Positions 1-22,191 of a stretch of 64,000 bases of DNA are shown here, in pieces (within the stretch, counting starts at the first letter, position 1; each line of letters begins with the position of its first letter). The notes beneath the pieces are model-generated. The model was not told the DNA's origin and did no database searches. It saw only the letters and a list, made by a program, of their open reading frames with translations. The stretch spans positions 372,001 to 436,000 of the forward strand of contig JBODTK010000016.1 in assembly GCA_050613775.1 (NCBI GenBank), written 5' to 3'. The position numbers and the translations under genes were made by a program. The DNA comes from Neocallimastix sp. 'constans'. Taxonomy: Eukaryota.

Positions 1-181
1 ATTCTTGAATATATGTTAAGTGTACTGTTTCAATGTGTAAAACAAATTAATATTAGATATTATCAAAACAGTAATCCAATATTAATTTAACTTTAACGTT
101 TAAAATATAATATACAAAATTATGTTTATGATTCCTTTTATTACCAAAACAAGAAATTAATTCAAAAAAAAAAAAAAGAAA

Positions 182-212
<31 letters not shown>

Positions 213-692
213 TTTATATGATTTTTATTTTGTTTTTAAAAAACAATTAAACCAATTAATAACAAACAAAATTATATTTAATATTTCTTATAAACTCATA
301 AAAAGATATTTTTTATAGTGTCATGAATAATGATTATTAATTTATTACAACATTAATATATATTTCAATAAAATTAAAACAGAAATTAATAATTGCTTAA
401 AAAGAAAAAGTCTGGAATAAAAAAAAAAAAAGACTATTCAAAAAAGAAATTATTAAAAAATAAAATTGAATTAGTAATAAATATATCTAAAGTTTTTTTT
501 TTTTTATTTAAATTAAAATATATATATAATGAATATTTATATGTATATTTATGTTTTATAAATATAGATATTTAAAACGTTCATTTTATAAAGACCAAAT
601 TTTTCTTGTTATTATAAATAAATTTAAATAATAATAAATATATAAGAATCATATATCAGGAATAATAATAATAATAATAATAAACTTTTTAC

Positions 693-900
693 ATGAAATT
701 GACCAATAATTTCTAAATACATATTTTTAATATTATTTCGTAAGAAACTTTTGAGTTCTTGAAGACCTTCCTCTACTGTATTCTCTAAAATTTTATTTGA
801 TATTTTTGATATTTCTTCATTTAAATTATCATTTTCTATATTATTATCTTTATCATTATTTTTATGATATATATAGAATATAAAATAGTTTATATAGAAT
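693..900 (-). other. Possible coding exon or decayed gene fragment (unassigned)
   Basis: The minus strand reads ...YHKNNDKDNNIENDNLNEEISKISNKILENTVEEGLQELKSFLRNNIKNMYLEIIGQFH followed by GTAAAA (possible donor). It is more protein-like than its flanks, but I could not build a coherent gene model or recognise a family. Confidence 0.3.
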
Positions 901-961
901 ATAGAAGAGACTAGAGAGTAAAATATAAATATAAATAAACCATAGTTTTAATATCAAAATA

Positions 962-1350
<389 letters not shown>

Positions 1351-1589
1351 GTTCTTATTATTCTAAGGTTGTAAAGTTCAAAATAAAATAAAAAAAAAAA
1401 TGAAAATAAGAATAAAATAAATAAAAATAAAAAAAAAAAATAAAAATTAAAATAAAAATTAAAATAAAAAAAAAATAAAAATAAATATATATATATATAT
1501 ATATATATTTCAAATAATAAATATTATATAATTACTGAATTTTTTTTTTTTTTTTTTTAATCTTATTTTTTATAGGAAAAAACTTTATG

Positions 1590-1620
<31 letters not shown>

Positions 1621-1932
1621 CCTGTATCAGGTATATGTTAGTTAAACACAAAGGCAATCATCACTACACTACACACTGTGGTATATATTCCATTTCATGA
1701 TGCTATTCTATAAATTAACAAAATAAAAAATATTTCATGCATTTTAAAACATGTTATATTACAATAAATTGAACTTTGCAAATATGGAAGGTAATCCACT
1801 TTCTTTTTTTTTTTTTTTTTTTTTTTTTTGCAAGTCACCACATCATAATAATATTGAACTAATTCAATTTTTTTTTTTTTTTTTAATGGATTATTGTTAA
1901 TAAAAATATTGTAATAACTATTTTTTTTAAAA

Positions 1933-1965
<33 letters not shown>

Positions 1966-2516
1966 AATAAAAAATAAAAAAAAAAAAAATGGTATGATAA
2001 TAAATAATAAAATTTTATATATATAATGAAAAATCTATAATTTTATATATTATTAATGATTTCTAATTTTTTTTTTTTTTTTTTTTTTTATTATTATTAT
2101 TATTATTTTTTATTTTTTATTTTTTTATTTTTTTTTTTTTTTTATTTTATTATTATTATTATTATTATTATATATTTTTAAAAAAAGATAATTTTTTTTT
2201 ATATGATTATTATTATTTTATGATTATTATTTATATATATATATATATATTTGTTTTTTGTTTTTTTTGTTTTTTGTTTGTTTGTTTGTTTTTTTGTTTT
2301 TATTATTGATAAAAAATTTTTTTGCTTGCTTAACTTTATTATATTTATTTATAATTAATGGATGATTTTATTATGACTAAAAAGAAAAAAAAAATTTAAA
2401 GGATTTTCGATAATAAATTTTAAATGAAAAAAAAAATATATAATTTTTCTTTAAAAAAAAAAAAAGTATTTTTAATGTAAAATTATTATAATTAACTATA
2501 CTAAAATTTAATTTTG

Positions 2517-2558
<42 letters not shown>

Positions 2559-2658
2559 AAAAAATAAAAAAAAATAGAAAAAAAAAAAAAATTAATGATT
2601 AAAAAAGTTTTTAAGTATGAAAATGAAAAATAAAAGAAAATATATATATATATTATTT

Positions 2659-3830
2659 TCATTTTTTTGAATCTTTATTTTCATCTAATGAAAGGTTATT
2701 TAGATTATCTACGATATTATTATTATCAAGATCACTCAAAATATCCTCTTTTTCTAATCCTGTTTGATTTTCATCTCTTGAATCATTAGATGAAGTTGAT
2801 ATGTTTACTGCATTAATTTTATCTGGACTGAAAGCTTCATCAAAGTTAGCCCAGTCATTTAATTTATCATCATCACCTAATGAACCTCCGTTAACATTAT
2901 TATCAAATTCACTAAAATCAGCTGTCCAGTCAGATTGACCTAATATATTACCATCCATTTTCTATTCATTTTAAATTTCATATATATATATATTATATAT
3001 ATTATAATTAATATATATGTTTTATAAATTGTATATACATTAGTTATTTATTAAATATACACTATTATTTACATTATGATTATCTAAGCCACTATAATTA
3101 TATAAATCATAATTAATAATATAATATTATATCATAAAATATATATATAAATAAATATACAAATAAATAGTTAGTATTTCCTAATATTATTTTAATAATA
3201 TTATTTAATAATATTATTAAACATATTATTAAATTTTTAAAAAAAAAAAAAAAAAAATGTTTATATATTAACATACTTAATCCAATCTTCCTCTTCTTCA
3301 GAACTATCCATTTCATCTTCAGAACTATTTTCAAAGAATCTTTCTGGTGAAGTCTTTAAATTTTTAAAATAAATATTGAAAAATATATTAATAAATATTT
3401 TCTATTCTTTAATCATATTTTTATTTTTAATAATAATTATAATATATTTATATTTATATTTACTCTATCCTTTGAAGAAGATATCATATTTTCAAATTCA
3501 TTCATATCAAACTCATTCATATCATCTTCATCATCTTCAACACCAAAGCCTGATGATCTTATAGATAGTCTATATTGGTCGTCTTGATTTTCATAATCAA
3601 AATCTTGTGGTTGATATCCAAATGAAATATTTGTTATAGTGTCATTATTTGGTCTTTGACCACCTAAAGCCTGACAATCACGATTCTTAGTTTCTTGTAA
3701 TGAATTATTAATATAATCAGTCCAATCGTTACCATTTATATATTCTATATTTAAATTCAATTATCAGATTAATAATATTTTAATATTATAATTCATGTAT
3801 TAAATTATAAATCATTAATAAAATGTACAA

Positions 3831-3867
<37 letters not shown>

Positions 3868-5423
3868 TTATTATTAAATAATAAAATTACCATTGATCTT
3901 TTCTGAAAATTGGTCTGAGCATTTACTCATTAATTTACAAATTTCATCTGAAATATGTGTTAAATGACCCATATAACCAAGACGTAAACCCTTTTCTTTT
4001 TTTCTATTTAAATAATTTTTATTAAAAATTTCATTTTGATGTATTATTAATAAATTAATTAATTAATGCATTATATATATATATATAATATTTACTCTTC
4101 AACATCGTTTAATTTTTGTGCTTCAACAATTTTTTGTGGCAACTGACCTTCATCAAGAATCTATTAATATATAATATTTAAAACCAAAAAAAATGAATAT
4201 ATAATCCTTTAATTTTAACATTTAAAAACCTAAAACTTACAGAACTAGTTAATTTTATAACACTATTTTTAATTAGGTTCATTCTTTCTTTTGTCTCTTC
4301 AGATAATGAAGAAAACATTTGTTCCTCAGCAGATAATTGATTTTCATCATTTATTTCATTTGTTAAATTAGTAGCGGTAACTAAATAACTACAAGTATTG
4401 AAGATTTTAGCAATCATATCATAAACAACAGAATGAAGGAAGTTGTTCCATGGAAATTCAAAGAATAAATTCTAATAAATTGTATTATATTATTAATTTT
4501 TACAATAATCACATTTAATAAGAACCTTATATTTTATTTATTAATATTATAAAAAGAAATAAAATATTATTAATAATTAAAATGTCATACCAAGCAAATT
4601 GGAAGCATTTTTCTTTCTGTAAATTTATCAGTAATAGTAATTAATTCTTCAACTAATGTTCTCTTTTTTTCACCTTCTTTTTGTTCAAAAACTATTCTAT
4701 CAAATAATGGACTACTAGAATATAAATATTGAAGATGAATAACTTCAGCAAATAATTCACAAACTCTTAATCTTTCAGTACCAAAAGGTACGACTTCCCC
4801 AAGAGTAGTTGGAATTGGACCATTCTATATTAAAAATATAAAATATTTAATAACAAATATTATATATTTTTAATTGATTTATTATTAGAATTCTAACATT
4901 ATACAGTATATATATTTATTTATATTTATATAAGTTAGCTTAATTAACTTACAATACTTTTTGGATGTAATAACAAATATTCAAACTTCTCCAAATTATT
5001 TCCTAATACATTTAATAAATCATTTAACGCTAAAGATAATTTTTCAAATTGAGCTTTAGTTGGTGGGGTTGGTGGTACAACATCTTGATATTGATTTTCA
5101 TCTCTAATACATTCTTGTTGGAAATGATCATATTGATGTTGTTGATATTCAGCTTGTTCAATATCACTATTTTATATTTATTAATATTAATTACTTTTAA
5201 CATATATATGTATATATATAATATAAACTAAATTTTACCCGCAATAACGACGAATTAAATCAATAATTACAGTTGTTCCGTGAATAAGAGAACTAGTTGA
5301 ATTTGGTGCTTTTTCATCAAGCATATAGCCAACAAGTTGTTCAATAATTGGTTTACTATTATTTTTATTTATAAAATTAATATAAAATATATATTACATT
5401 TTTAAATATTTTTTTCATCATCA

Positions 5424-5494
<71 letters not shown>

Positions 5495-6893
5495 CTTTTT
5501 AATTCATCAACTAAAGCATTTCCACCGAAATTAGTAATTGAAGTTGAAAGGAATGAATTTACACCATCAATATTTCCTGACAATAAATCATTTGTCAATA
5601 AAGGCGAAGTATAGCTAACAGAATTAATATCAATCAATGTATTGGCAATATTTGTATGAGTCTGAATAATAATATACATAATTTTTGAATTAATATTTAT
5701 TTTCTTATATTTATATAATATAAAAAAATTATTTGTCTAATAAAAAAAAATTTATTAATTTTACTTCATCATCTAAATATGGATCAAATCTTGAAACAAG
5801 ATTTGGGATAACCTTTTCTTGTTGAAGCCACTATATATTGTAATAAATTAAAATTTTAGTGATATTAAATATAAAGAATCAAAAAATTATTATTAAATAA
5901 ATCTATACTTCAATAATTCCATTTGCTTCTTCACGATCTGAAACACTAATTAACTTTAATAAAATTTCAGCAATTGGTGAGGATGAAATGTGTTTTAAAA
6001 TTTTTGATAAAATATTTGGATTATCACGAATAAATTGTAACATCTATATGTAATATTATATATTACAATAATTAATAATTAATATATTATAATTTATTAC
6101 ACATAATAATTAATTAATATTTATCGCTAAAAATATTAATAATATTGTGAATAAACCGATATACCTCTGGTAATTTATATTGAAGAAGAACTAAATTAAC
6201 TTTACAGAAATAGCTTGCTTGGAATATTTCTAATGGTTCATCACGGTCGACAAACTTCCAAAATTCAACTAATGCATCGGTGTTTTCCATTATTGCATCA
6301 TATATAGGCCATATATCACATGAAAGAATTTCGCATGATAAATAAGAATATCTATTAAACATTTAATTGTTTTTATTTATTTATTTATTTATTTATTTAT
6401 ATTTATTTATTCATTTATATTTATTTATTTATTTATGAAAAATTAGTAACTTCGATAAAAACATTTTTCTTAATTTTACTTTTATTATCATTTTATTTGT
6501 TATATTTTTAATAATATTAATTATAATATAAATATATATAATTTAAATAATGAAAATTTATTTATAATTACTTTAATTTTTTTAATTCATCTAATTCTTC
6601 TGGAGGATTGGTAATGTAGTTTAATAACTTTTTTATAATTTCAGGATCTGAAAAACTTTAAAATTCATTTATAAATATTTATCAATGACTTTATTTTTTC
6701 TTGTAAAAAATAATTCTGATATTTCAAATTCTATATATTTTTATTAAATAACTTACTATTCAATGAGTCTTGAATTATGTGCTTTACATTCTTGTAATAA
6801 ATCATCTTCTTCTAAAAGAGTTTCCAATTGAAGATCTTCCTGATTTAACAAATCATCAATTACAGTTGTCGGCTGAACAAAACTCCAGAACAT
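2659..6893 (-). CDS. SIT4/PP6 phosphatase-associated protein (SAPS family; SAP155/185/190, PPP6R-like), 16 exons
   Basis: Spliced exons (minus): 6893-6757, 6655-6572, 6351-6165, 6043-5909, 5830-5765, 5661-5495, 5355-5239, 5166-4953, 4824-4591, 4471-4241, 4160-4096, 4003-3891, 3744-3464, 3353-3277, 3091-3061, 2961-2659, all GT-AG. Family motifs: MFWSF..., LLEEDDLLQECKAHNSRLIEY, YSYLSCEILS, PFGTERLRVCELFAEVIH, LFFEFPWNNFLHSVVYD, RLGYMGHLT, and an acidic tail. Confidence 0.95.
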
Positions 6894-7425
6894 TTTATTA
6901 TATTAAATATGTTAATCTAACATAAAATATATAAATTTTTATTAATAGCATTAGAATTATTAGTCTATACAAATTATACTTATAAAATTTCAAACAAATT
7001 GAGTGGATTTTTATATAAATTAAACATTAATTTTATTTTTTCATTATTTTTAATTATTTAATTAATAATATTTATTTATATATATAATTATTTGTTTATC
7101 AATAACCAGATTATTATATATTATATTTTAAAATATATTATTATAATTTATATTAACACATTTCTATTATAATTTCACTTTTTATAAATAATTTATTTTT
7201 AATTTATTAATAATATTCCTTTATTCCATTTTAATATATTTTATTATAAATAGCTAGTCCTAATTTACTTTTAGACAGATTTCCTTTTCTTAAAAAGCAA
7301 TATTAATTATTGTTTCATTAAAAATAATTAATATAAATTTAAAAGAATTAAATGTAAAATTTTTGTTTGTAATTTATTTTATATTTATTTTAAAATTTTT
7401 ATTAATTATCTACGTTCTTTTTTTT

Positions 7426-7456
<31 letters not shown>

Positions 7457-8772
7457 TTATTATAATTTCAGTAAGATTTATTGAATGATTCATTAATTTA
7501 TTAATTCATTGATTGAATTATTTACTATTATTATTTTCATTATAATTTTTGTATTAATACTATAAATACTTTTATTTTGTTTTTATTATTTATTTTTATA
7601 ATTTTAGATTTATTATTATAAATAATATCTTTTTTATTATTGTTGTTGTCATTGATTAAATCTTTGTATAAATAATAATAAACAAAAAATTTTTACTATA
7701 ATAAATATAATATTTACGGTGAGTTTCTATTGAAATTATATATTATATTTTATGATAAAAATGATATATAAAAATAAATTAAATTATTAAAATTAAGCAA
7801 TTCCACAAAAAAAATATTTATATAACATTAATTTAAATTGTATATCATAAATAGAAATTTTTAATTTTGAAATTAAATGTTATTTATGATTTAGTATACT
7901 TTACTTAGATTTAGTATTATAATTTCAGATTATACTTTAAATTTATCTAAAAACTATAAATTTTTACTATAAATTTTTCTTCTAAAATGAAAACAATATA
8001 TATTTAACAATAAAAAATATTTAAAAAATTGAAAATTATTTTTAAACGCTCTTTGGATTATTTCTTATTTTTATTTTTCGCTTTCCAAAAAGAAATGAAT
8101 CACTTGTTTGAACTATTACTTTATATTAAATTTAAAATGTTTTGATAATATTAATTACAAAATATTTAAGGCTGTTAATTTGTTTATTATAATAGTTGAT
8201 TTTATCACAATTATTGATTTAAATATATTCTTATATATTCTTAAAATTAAATTAATAGTTTAATTATCATAATTATAATTTTTATAAGATTTCATTAAAA
8301 ATAATAATAATAATAATAATAATACACATTTGATTTTTAAAATCAAAATTATTAAAATAATAAAATAAAAATATAGAAATTTACTTTTTAATTATAAAAA
8401 TTGTATTTATATATACTAATTTAGTTAATAAATATTTTTATTTATTTCTATACTTATAATATTTTTATATAATTAATTATATAATTAATTAATATTAAAA
8501 CATTTAATAATAACAATTATTATTATTAGTTTTAATAATAATAAAGTGTTTTATATAGTAATTGCAAAGAAAAAAAAAAAAAAAATAAAAAAAAAATATA
8601 TATATATTAATAATTTTATTATTAAAAAAATATATAAATTTTAAATTTTATCGATTATATATTATCTTTTTATAATTTTTATATTAACAACCTTTATACA
8701 ATAATTAAATCTACCATATTATTATTTCATAATTTTTATTTAAAAAAAAAATATAATTAGTAATACTATTAA

Positions 8773-8975
8773 TTATTTATTTATTATTTATTATTTATTA
8801 TTTACTATTTATTATTTATTATTTATTATTTATTATTTATTATTTATTATTTATTATTTATTATTTATTATTTATTATTTATTATTTATTATTTATTATT
8901 ATTATTTATTATTTATTATTTATTATTTATTATTTATTATTTATTATTTATTATTAATTATTTATTATTATTTAT
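8773..8975. repeat. (TTATTTA)n heptamer minisatellite
   Basis: About 200 bp of imperfect tandem TTATTTA in the intergenic region between the SAPS gene and SEC22. Confidence 0.8.
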
Positions 8976-9807
8976 TACAATAAGTATTTTTAATTTTTTT
9001 ATAAATATTTTAAATTATTTAAATTGATATATTTATATATTGTATTATATTATAATATATTTCATTTTAAATAAATAATATACAAAGAAAATATTGAAAA
9101 ACAAAATGATTGTATAAATAATCAATATAAAATAATATATCGAGATGTTTGAAATAAATCAAAATCAATGGATTATTATATCATGAATATATTAAGAGCA
9201 ATATATTAAGAGCAATATATATAATTTCCTTAAAAATAAATAACTTTAATATTTATGATTCCTTTAATTTTTTTTTTTTTAATTTAAATTTTATTTGATA
9301 GTTTTTTAAATAGATTAAGTATATTTTAATAAATAGATAATCACTATATATTTATTATATAATAGATTAATATATAAATTATATCATAAATTTTATATAT
9401 TACATTTAATATTAATATATATTTAACTTAAATAGCTTCCGCTTTAAACTATTTATTAGTATTTTTTTTTGGTAATTAATTTAAAATAGCCTGTTTTAGC
9501 CAAAAAATTATTTTTAGCTATGTTTGACGCCTTACATAATCATAATTTTGTTAAAATAATATAAATAAAATATAAAAAAAAAAAAAGAAATTAATGTAGA
9601 AAATATATAAAATAGTGTTATTAATTATAGTAATTGAATATATCTATTAATAACTTCCAAAATTTATCAATATATTATTCATTTCATTTTATATTTAAAA
9701 AAATTTTTGAATTACAAAAATTTGATGTGTAACAAAAACTATTATTTTTTATTCACTAATAAAAAAGTTAGATTATGAAATTATTTGAATAAATACCTCT
9801 ATTCTTC

Positions 9808-9850
<43 letters not shown>

Positions 9851-11880
9851 TTTTATCTACATTCATATTTATATTTCTATCATTTATTATATTCAATCTA
9901 TATTTATATTTTTACTTTTAATTTCATTTAATCTTCATTTATATATATTTTTACTATTTATTTTATTTTAGTTTTTTATAATTTGCTTTTTTTTTATTTT
10001 ATTTGATACTATTAATAATATTTTTCTTTCCTTTATTATTTATATAGGATATTATTTTATTTTAATATTATTAAAAATTTATATTTATTCTTTTATTTAT
10101 CTCTTTATTAATAAATTATTTTATTCTTTTAATTGAAGTTGACAATTATAATATTAAACTAATAAAACTAATTTCATTCGTTAATATTCCATTTTAAATT
10201 AGATCAAATATTTAATAAAAAAATATATTATACTTCATAATAAAATGTTAATGGTAATGTCTTACCATATTAAAATATTACATTAAATGAATAAATTAAT
10301 GAATGAATGAATAAATAAATAAACAATCAAACGAGATTAATAATATATATTTTATATTTTATTATTTGTTAATTATTAAATTGATTTAAAATGATTTAAT
10401 AATTTAATCGAATTAATTATCATCTAACCCTTTCATAAATTTAATAAATAATTAATAAATAATATGTATATATTTTTTTAATTTATATTACTTTAAAATT
10501 GACATATTTATGATATTATAAATAAAAAAAATAAAATAAAAATAAAAGGTTTAATTGTTTTTAAAGAATATCTAAACTTCTATTTTATAATATTTGATAC
10601 ATTAAATAATTATTATAATAAAACCTATTTGAACACTTTCAATAAAAACTTTTTGAACTGTGAAAAAAAATTTAAATTTTTATTTTTATGTTAAAAAAAA
10701 TAAAAAATGTTTAATAGAAATATAAATCATTTTTCATTGTAAATAATATATCTTATATCTTAATCCATATTAACTTATTACATTAGTTAAACAAATTACT
10801 ATATTTTTGAGATTACAATAAAAAAAAAATTGCTAAAGAATATTATGTAAACTATTTTAAAATATTTAATATTTAGTTGAATATATAAATCAAACTATAT
10901 TAATAATTTTTTTTATTAACATTTTTTATAAAAGCCTACTGAATTATGAAAGAAAATATAATTTTTTAAATTTTATATTGAAAATTAAGAATTAACAAAA
11001 AAAGCTATATATATTAATCTTGAAGTAGGTAAAACCAATTTTAACTGTTTTGGCCCTTTTTTAAAATTATATATATTAATGAATATTTAAATTATTGAAA
11101 AGTTGTATTAAAATATTTTATTTTATTTAAAAATTTATTAGTGGCTATGATTTATAAATAAATATATTTGAATCATAAATAAAATTAAGTATAATAAAAA
11201 AAATTTATATTTAATGAAAAAAATAATAAAAAAAAATTTAATAATCTTTTTATAATTATAAATAAATGAATAAATATAATTTAAATAAATAAATAATTTT
11301 AAATATGAGTAATAATAAATAGTAGTGATTTGTATTATTATATATAAAATAATATAAAATAATATAAATATTTAATACCATTTTTTTTTTTATTTTATTT
11401 TATTTTTTTTTTAATAAAGAAGTTTTTAAATAAAATAAAATAAAAATAAAATAAAGCAATATAAAAAAAAATAGTTGTTTTAAAATTTTATTTGAATTAG
11501 TTTAAAAATAAATAAAAAAAGAAATCAAAAATTTTCTTTTTGTATCTATTTTTAGCATTAATAATAATAATTTTTATAAATAATTTGTATTTTTAAAGGT
11601 AAAGCATATAAATAATAATATAAATAATATAATATAATCAATAAATGTATAAAATGAAAGATAACAAAATAATATATAATAATAAATATAATCATTTACA
11701 ATATACATTTTTAAATATATTATAATAATAATAAATAAATATTTAAATAAGCTATTTTTAACATTTTAATAATTTATATTTGTAAATTAATAATTGTATT
11801 TATGTAATGTTGTTAATATATAAATTTATAAATATTAATTAAAATCCATCGAAAATAAAATTACAACAATAATATTAATA

Positions 11881-11985
11881 ATGATAATGATAATAATAAT
11901 GATAATAATAATGAAACATAAAAACAAAATAAACAAATAAATGGATTTGAATCACTTTGTTTCTTTAAAAAGAAAACGGAATTAA
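11881..11985 (+). promoter_or_regulatory. Two abutting short upstream ORFs in frame with the SEC22 start
   Basis: ATG 11881..TAA 11940 is followed directly by ATG 11941..TAA 11985 (MDLNHFVSLKRKRN*). The SEC22 ATG is at 11998 in the same frame. Whether these lie inside the transcript is unknown. Confidence 0.3.
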
Positions 11986-11997
11986 ATAATTAAAGCA

Positions 11998-13739
11998 ATG
12001 GTTAAAACTGTAATAATTTCAAGAGTTGCTGATGGTTTACCTTTAGCTGCTTCTATGGATGACGAAGAGGTATTAAATAATATAATTTAATAAAATATAT
12101 TTAAAGCATTTATAAATTATATTTTAATATCAAGATGTTTTTGGATATTCATAAATTTTTTATTATTGTTAAAAGTTTTAGAAAATTATATTAATATTTA
12201 TTATTTATATTCAACCAAATATTGTTTTTGTAAAATGATTATATAAAGAAATATAATTATAGTAAAAAGATTGAAATAAATAACATTATATAGTAAATAA
12301 ATGAATTAATAAGTAGAAAGGTATATAAATAAATAAGAAATTTTCAATTATTTACAAAATTTTTAAATTTATTTAATTGATATCTTATTTATTTAAAAAA
12401 TATTAAAGGCACTTTAATGTTTACAAATAATATGTTAAATATAGTGTTATCGTTAATTATTTAATTATTTATTTACTTTAATTTATTATAATATTAAAAT
12501 AAACTATTTTTAACAAAGAGACAAAAATAGACAATTAAAAGATGATAAATTAATAAATATTTATATTTATAATTAAAAAAAAAAAGTAAATAGAGAGGTT
12601 GAAATAAATTATGTAATATTAATGAAATTAAATTAATATATTTAATAGATTAACTAAAATAATATCGATAAAATTGATAATACATATATTTTTTATTATA
12701 TATAAGTCTGAAGATTTAACTGAATACAAGAATCAAGCCAAGTCTATTTTCAAGAAATTAGCTAAAGCTGGTACTGAACAAAGATGTTCAATTGAAACTG
12801 GCCAATATTTCTTCCAGTATGTATATTAATACGAATTTTAAATAAAGTTAACAATTGAAATATCAAGATAATAAATTTGAAATATTACACAAAGTATTAA
12901 ATAAATTATTATTTTATCTTTTATATTTTCATATGAATATTTTATTATATCAAATTAAATAATCTTATATAATATTATTAATATAATTATAATAATAAAA
13001 ATAAAATTAAATAAAGTTATTTAATCGAGTGTGGTATTTGCTATTTATGTTTATGTGAAAAAAGTTATCCAAAAAAATTAGCTTTTAGTTTTTTGGAAGA
13101 ATTACAAGTCGAATTCCAATCTAAGTATGGTACAGAAGTCGGAACTGTTGCGAGACCATATGCTTTTGTAAAGTTTGGTAAGTATTATTGTAGTAATGAA
13201 TTCAAATTAAGGAATGTATTAATGATTGATTTAATTTGTTTCATTTTCATTAATAAAAACAAAAAACAAAAATTTGTAATATTTACATGAACTGAATAAT
13301 TAATTAAAATTAGATACTTTCATACAAAAAACTAAAAAACAATACAAAGATACAAGAGCTCAAAGAAATATAAATAAGCTTAATGAAGATCTACAGGATG
13401 TTACAAGAATTATGACAAAGAATATTCAAGATGTGTTAGGAAGAGGAGAACATCTTAATAGTAATTTTTTTTTATTTATTTATTAAATAAATAAATAAAT
13501 GCTATATTAGTATAAATAAATTCATATGTATGTATAATTTATTGATTTAAAATAAAAATTTTTATAATGAATTTATAGGTATGAGTGAACTTTCTAGTAA
13601 GTTATCTTCAGAGTCAAAAAAATATTTAAAGGATGCAAAAAAATTAAACTGGATGGCTATATATCAAAAATACGGACCTTTAATTGCTGTATTTTTATTT
13701 ATAGTTATAATATTATATATTAGATTCAAATGGTTTTAA
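11998..13739 (+). CDS. SEC22: ER-Golgi longin R-SNARE Sec22, 5 exons, ~216 aa
   Basis: Exons 11998-12069, 12707-12816, 13017-13177, 13314-13460, 13579-13739. The translation MVKTVIISRVADGLPLAASMDDEE...YPKKLAFSFLEEL...RPYAFVKFDTFIQKTKK...LQDVTRIMTKNIQDVLGRGEHL...C-terminal TM helix matches the Sec22 longin + SNARE + TM layout. Confidence 0.97.
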
Positions 13740-14285
13740 GAAAATTTAGAATTATATAAAAAATAAATGATTATAAAAACTGTTGCTAATAAAAATATTA
13801 AAAATGAATAAAAAAATTAAATAAAATAATTAAAAACAAAACAAAACAAAAATAAAAAAAATTACAAAAAACAAAAGTAATAATAAAATTTGAAAATATT
13901 TTTAATATTTATATAATAAAAGTAAATTATTATATAAATATAAAAATAAATTAATAATAATAGCAATATAATAAAAAATAATAAAAATAAAAATAAAAAA
14001 TCATAAATAATAAATAAAAAAAATAAAATAAAACTATTAAATAAAGATATAGAAATTATTATTTTTATAAAGAATATAAAAACATAAAAAATATAATAAT
14101 CTCATTGATTAATAAATAAAAATTATGAATGTTAATCTTTAATAAAAGAATTATTGATTGATTTTTTTATTAAATGTTTAATAATTTTAATATGAGCATA
14201 TATATTGTATATTTTTATACAGAAATTATGTTTATTTAATGAATTTATGTAGTACAATAAATATTTTTTTTTTTTTTTAATTTTT

Positions 14286-14328
<43 letters not shown>

Positions 14329-14828
14329 AAATAAGAAATAATAAGAAAATAATGTTTTATTATAATATTAAATTTTTTTTGTATGAATTTCTTTAAAATA
14401 AATGAAAGAATAAAATTTTCATAACATATATACATGTAAATATAAATAAATAAGTAAATAAAGGAATAAAACATATTTATTATAAAAATTTTTAAGAGAA
14501 CAATATTAGTTAATTAAAATTGTAAATATTTTATATGAGATGGTTTTATTTTCATATATTTAAATTTCAATTTTAAATTTATTAATTTATAAAACATTAA
14601 TGGATAAATGGATATTCCTTTTATTAACAAGTTTATAATATTTACATTTATTTATATTTATATTTATACTTATATGATTATTGTTTTTCTATTAAAATAG
14701 TAATCAAAATTTTCTTTCAAAAAAAAAAAAATATACATATATATATATATAAATTTCATCAATAATTTATATATATACGAATTCTTTATAAAAGTTTATT
14801 AATATATATATTAAATTATTATATAAAT

Positions 14829-14985
14829 ATTTTCATTTATTTTGATAAAAATAATATTTTATAATTTTTTATTCTATTTTATTTATTTTTTACTATATTT
14901 TTTATTTTTATTTTCATTTATTTTGATAAAAATAATATTTTATATTTTTTTATTCTGTTTTATTAATTTTTTTACTGTATTTTCA
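14829..14985. repeat. ~81-bp imperfect tandem duplication just upstream of the INTS5-like start
   Basis: ATTTTCATTTATTTTGATAAAAATAATATTTTATA...ATTCT.TTTTATT..TTTTTTACT.TATTTT starts at 14829 and again at 14910. Confidence 0.8.
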
Positions 14986-15068
14986 TTTTCATTTTCATTT
15001 TATTTTATTACTATTATTATTATTAATATTATAGTGTTAAAAGCATCAAATAAAATTAAAAAAAGAAA

Positions 15069-22191
<7,123 letters not shown>

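Noticed and set aside
6900..11880. Hidden gene in the long intergenic regions (also 34760-39220 and 43850-50020)
   Set aside because: Nearly pure A/T sequence with no spliceable exon chain, tRNA or rRNA signature that I could recognise. Slightly GC-richer patches (~35760-36270, ~46720-48200) are too degenerate to assign.
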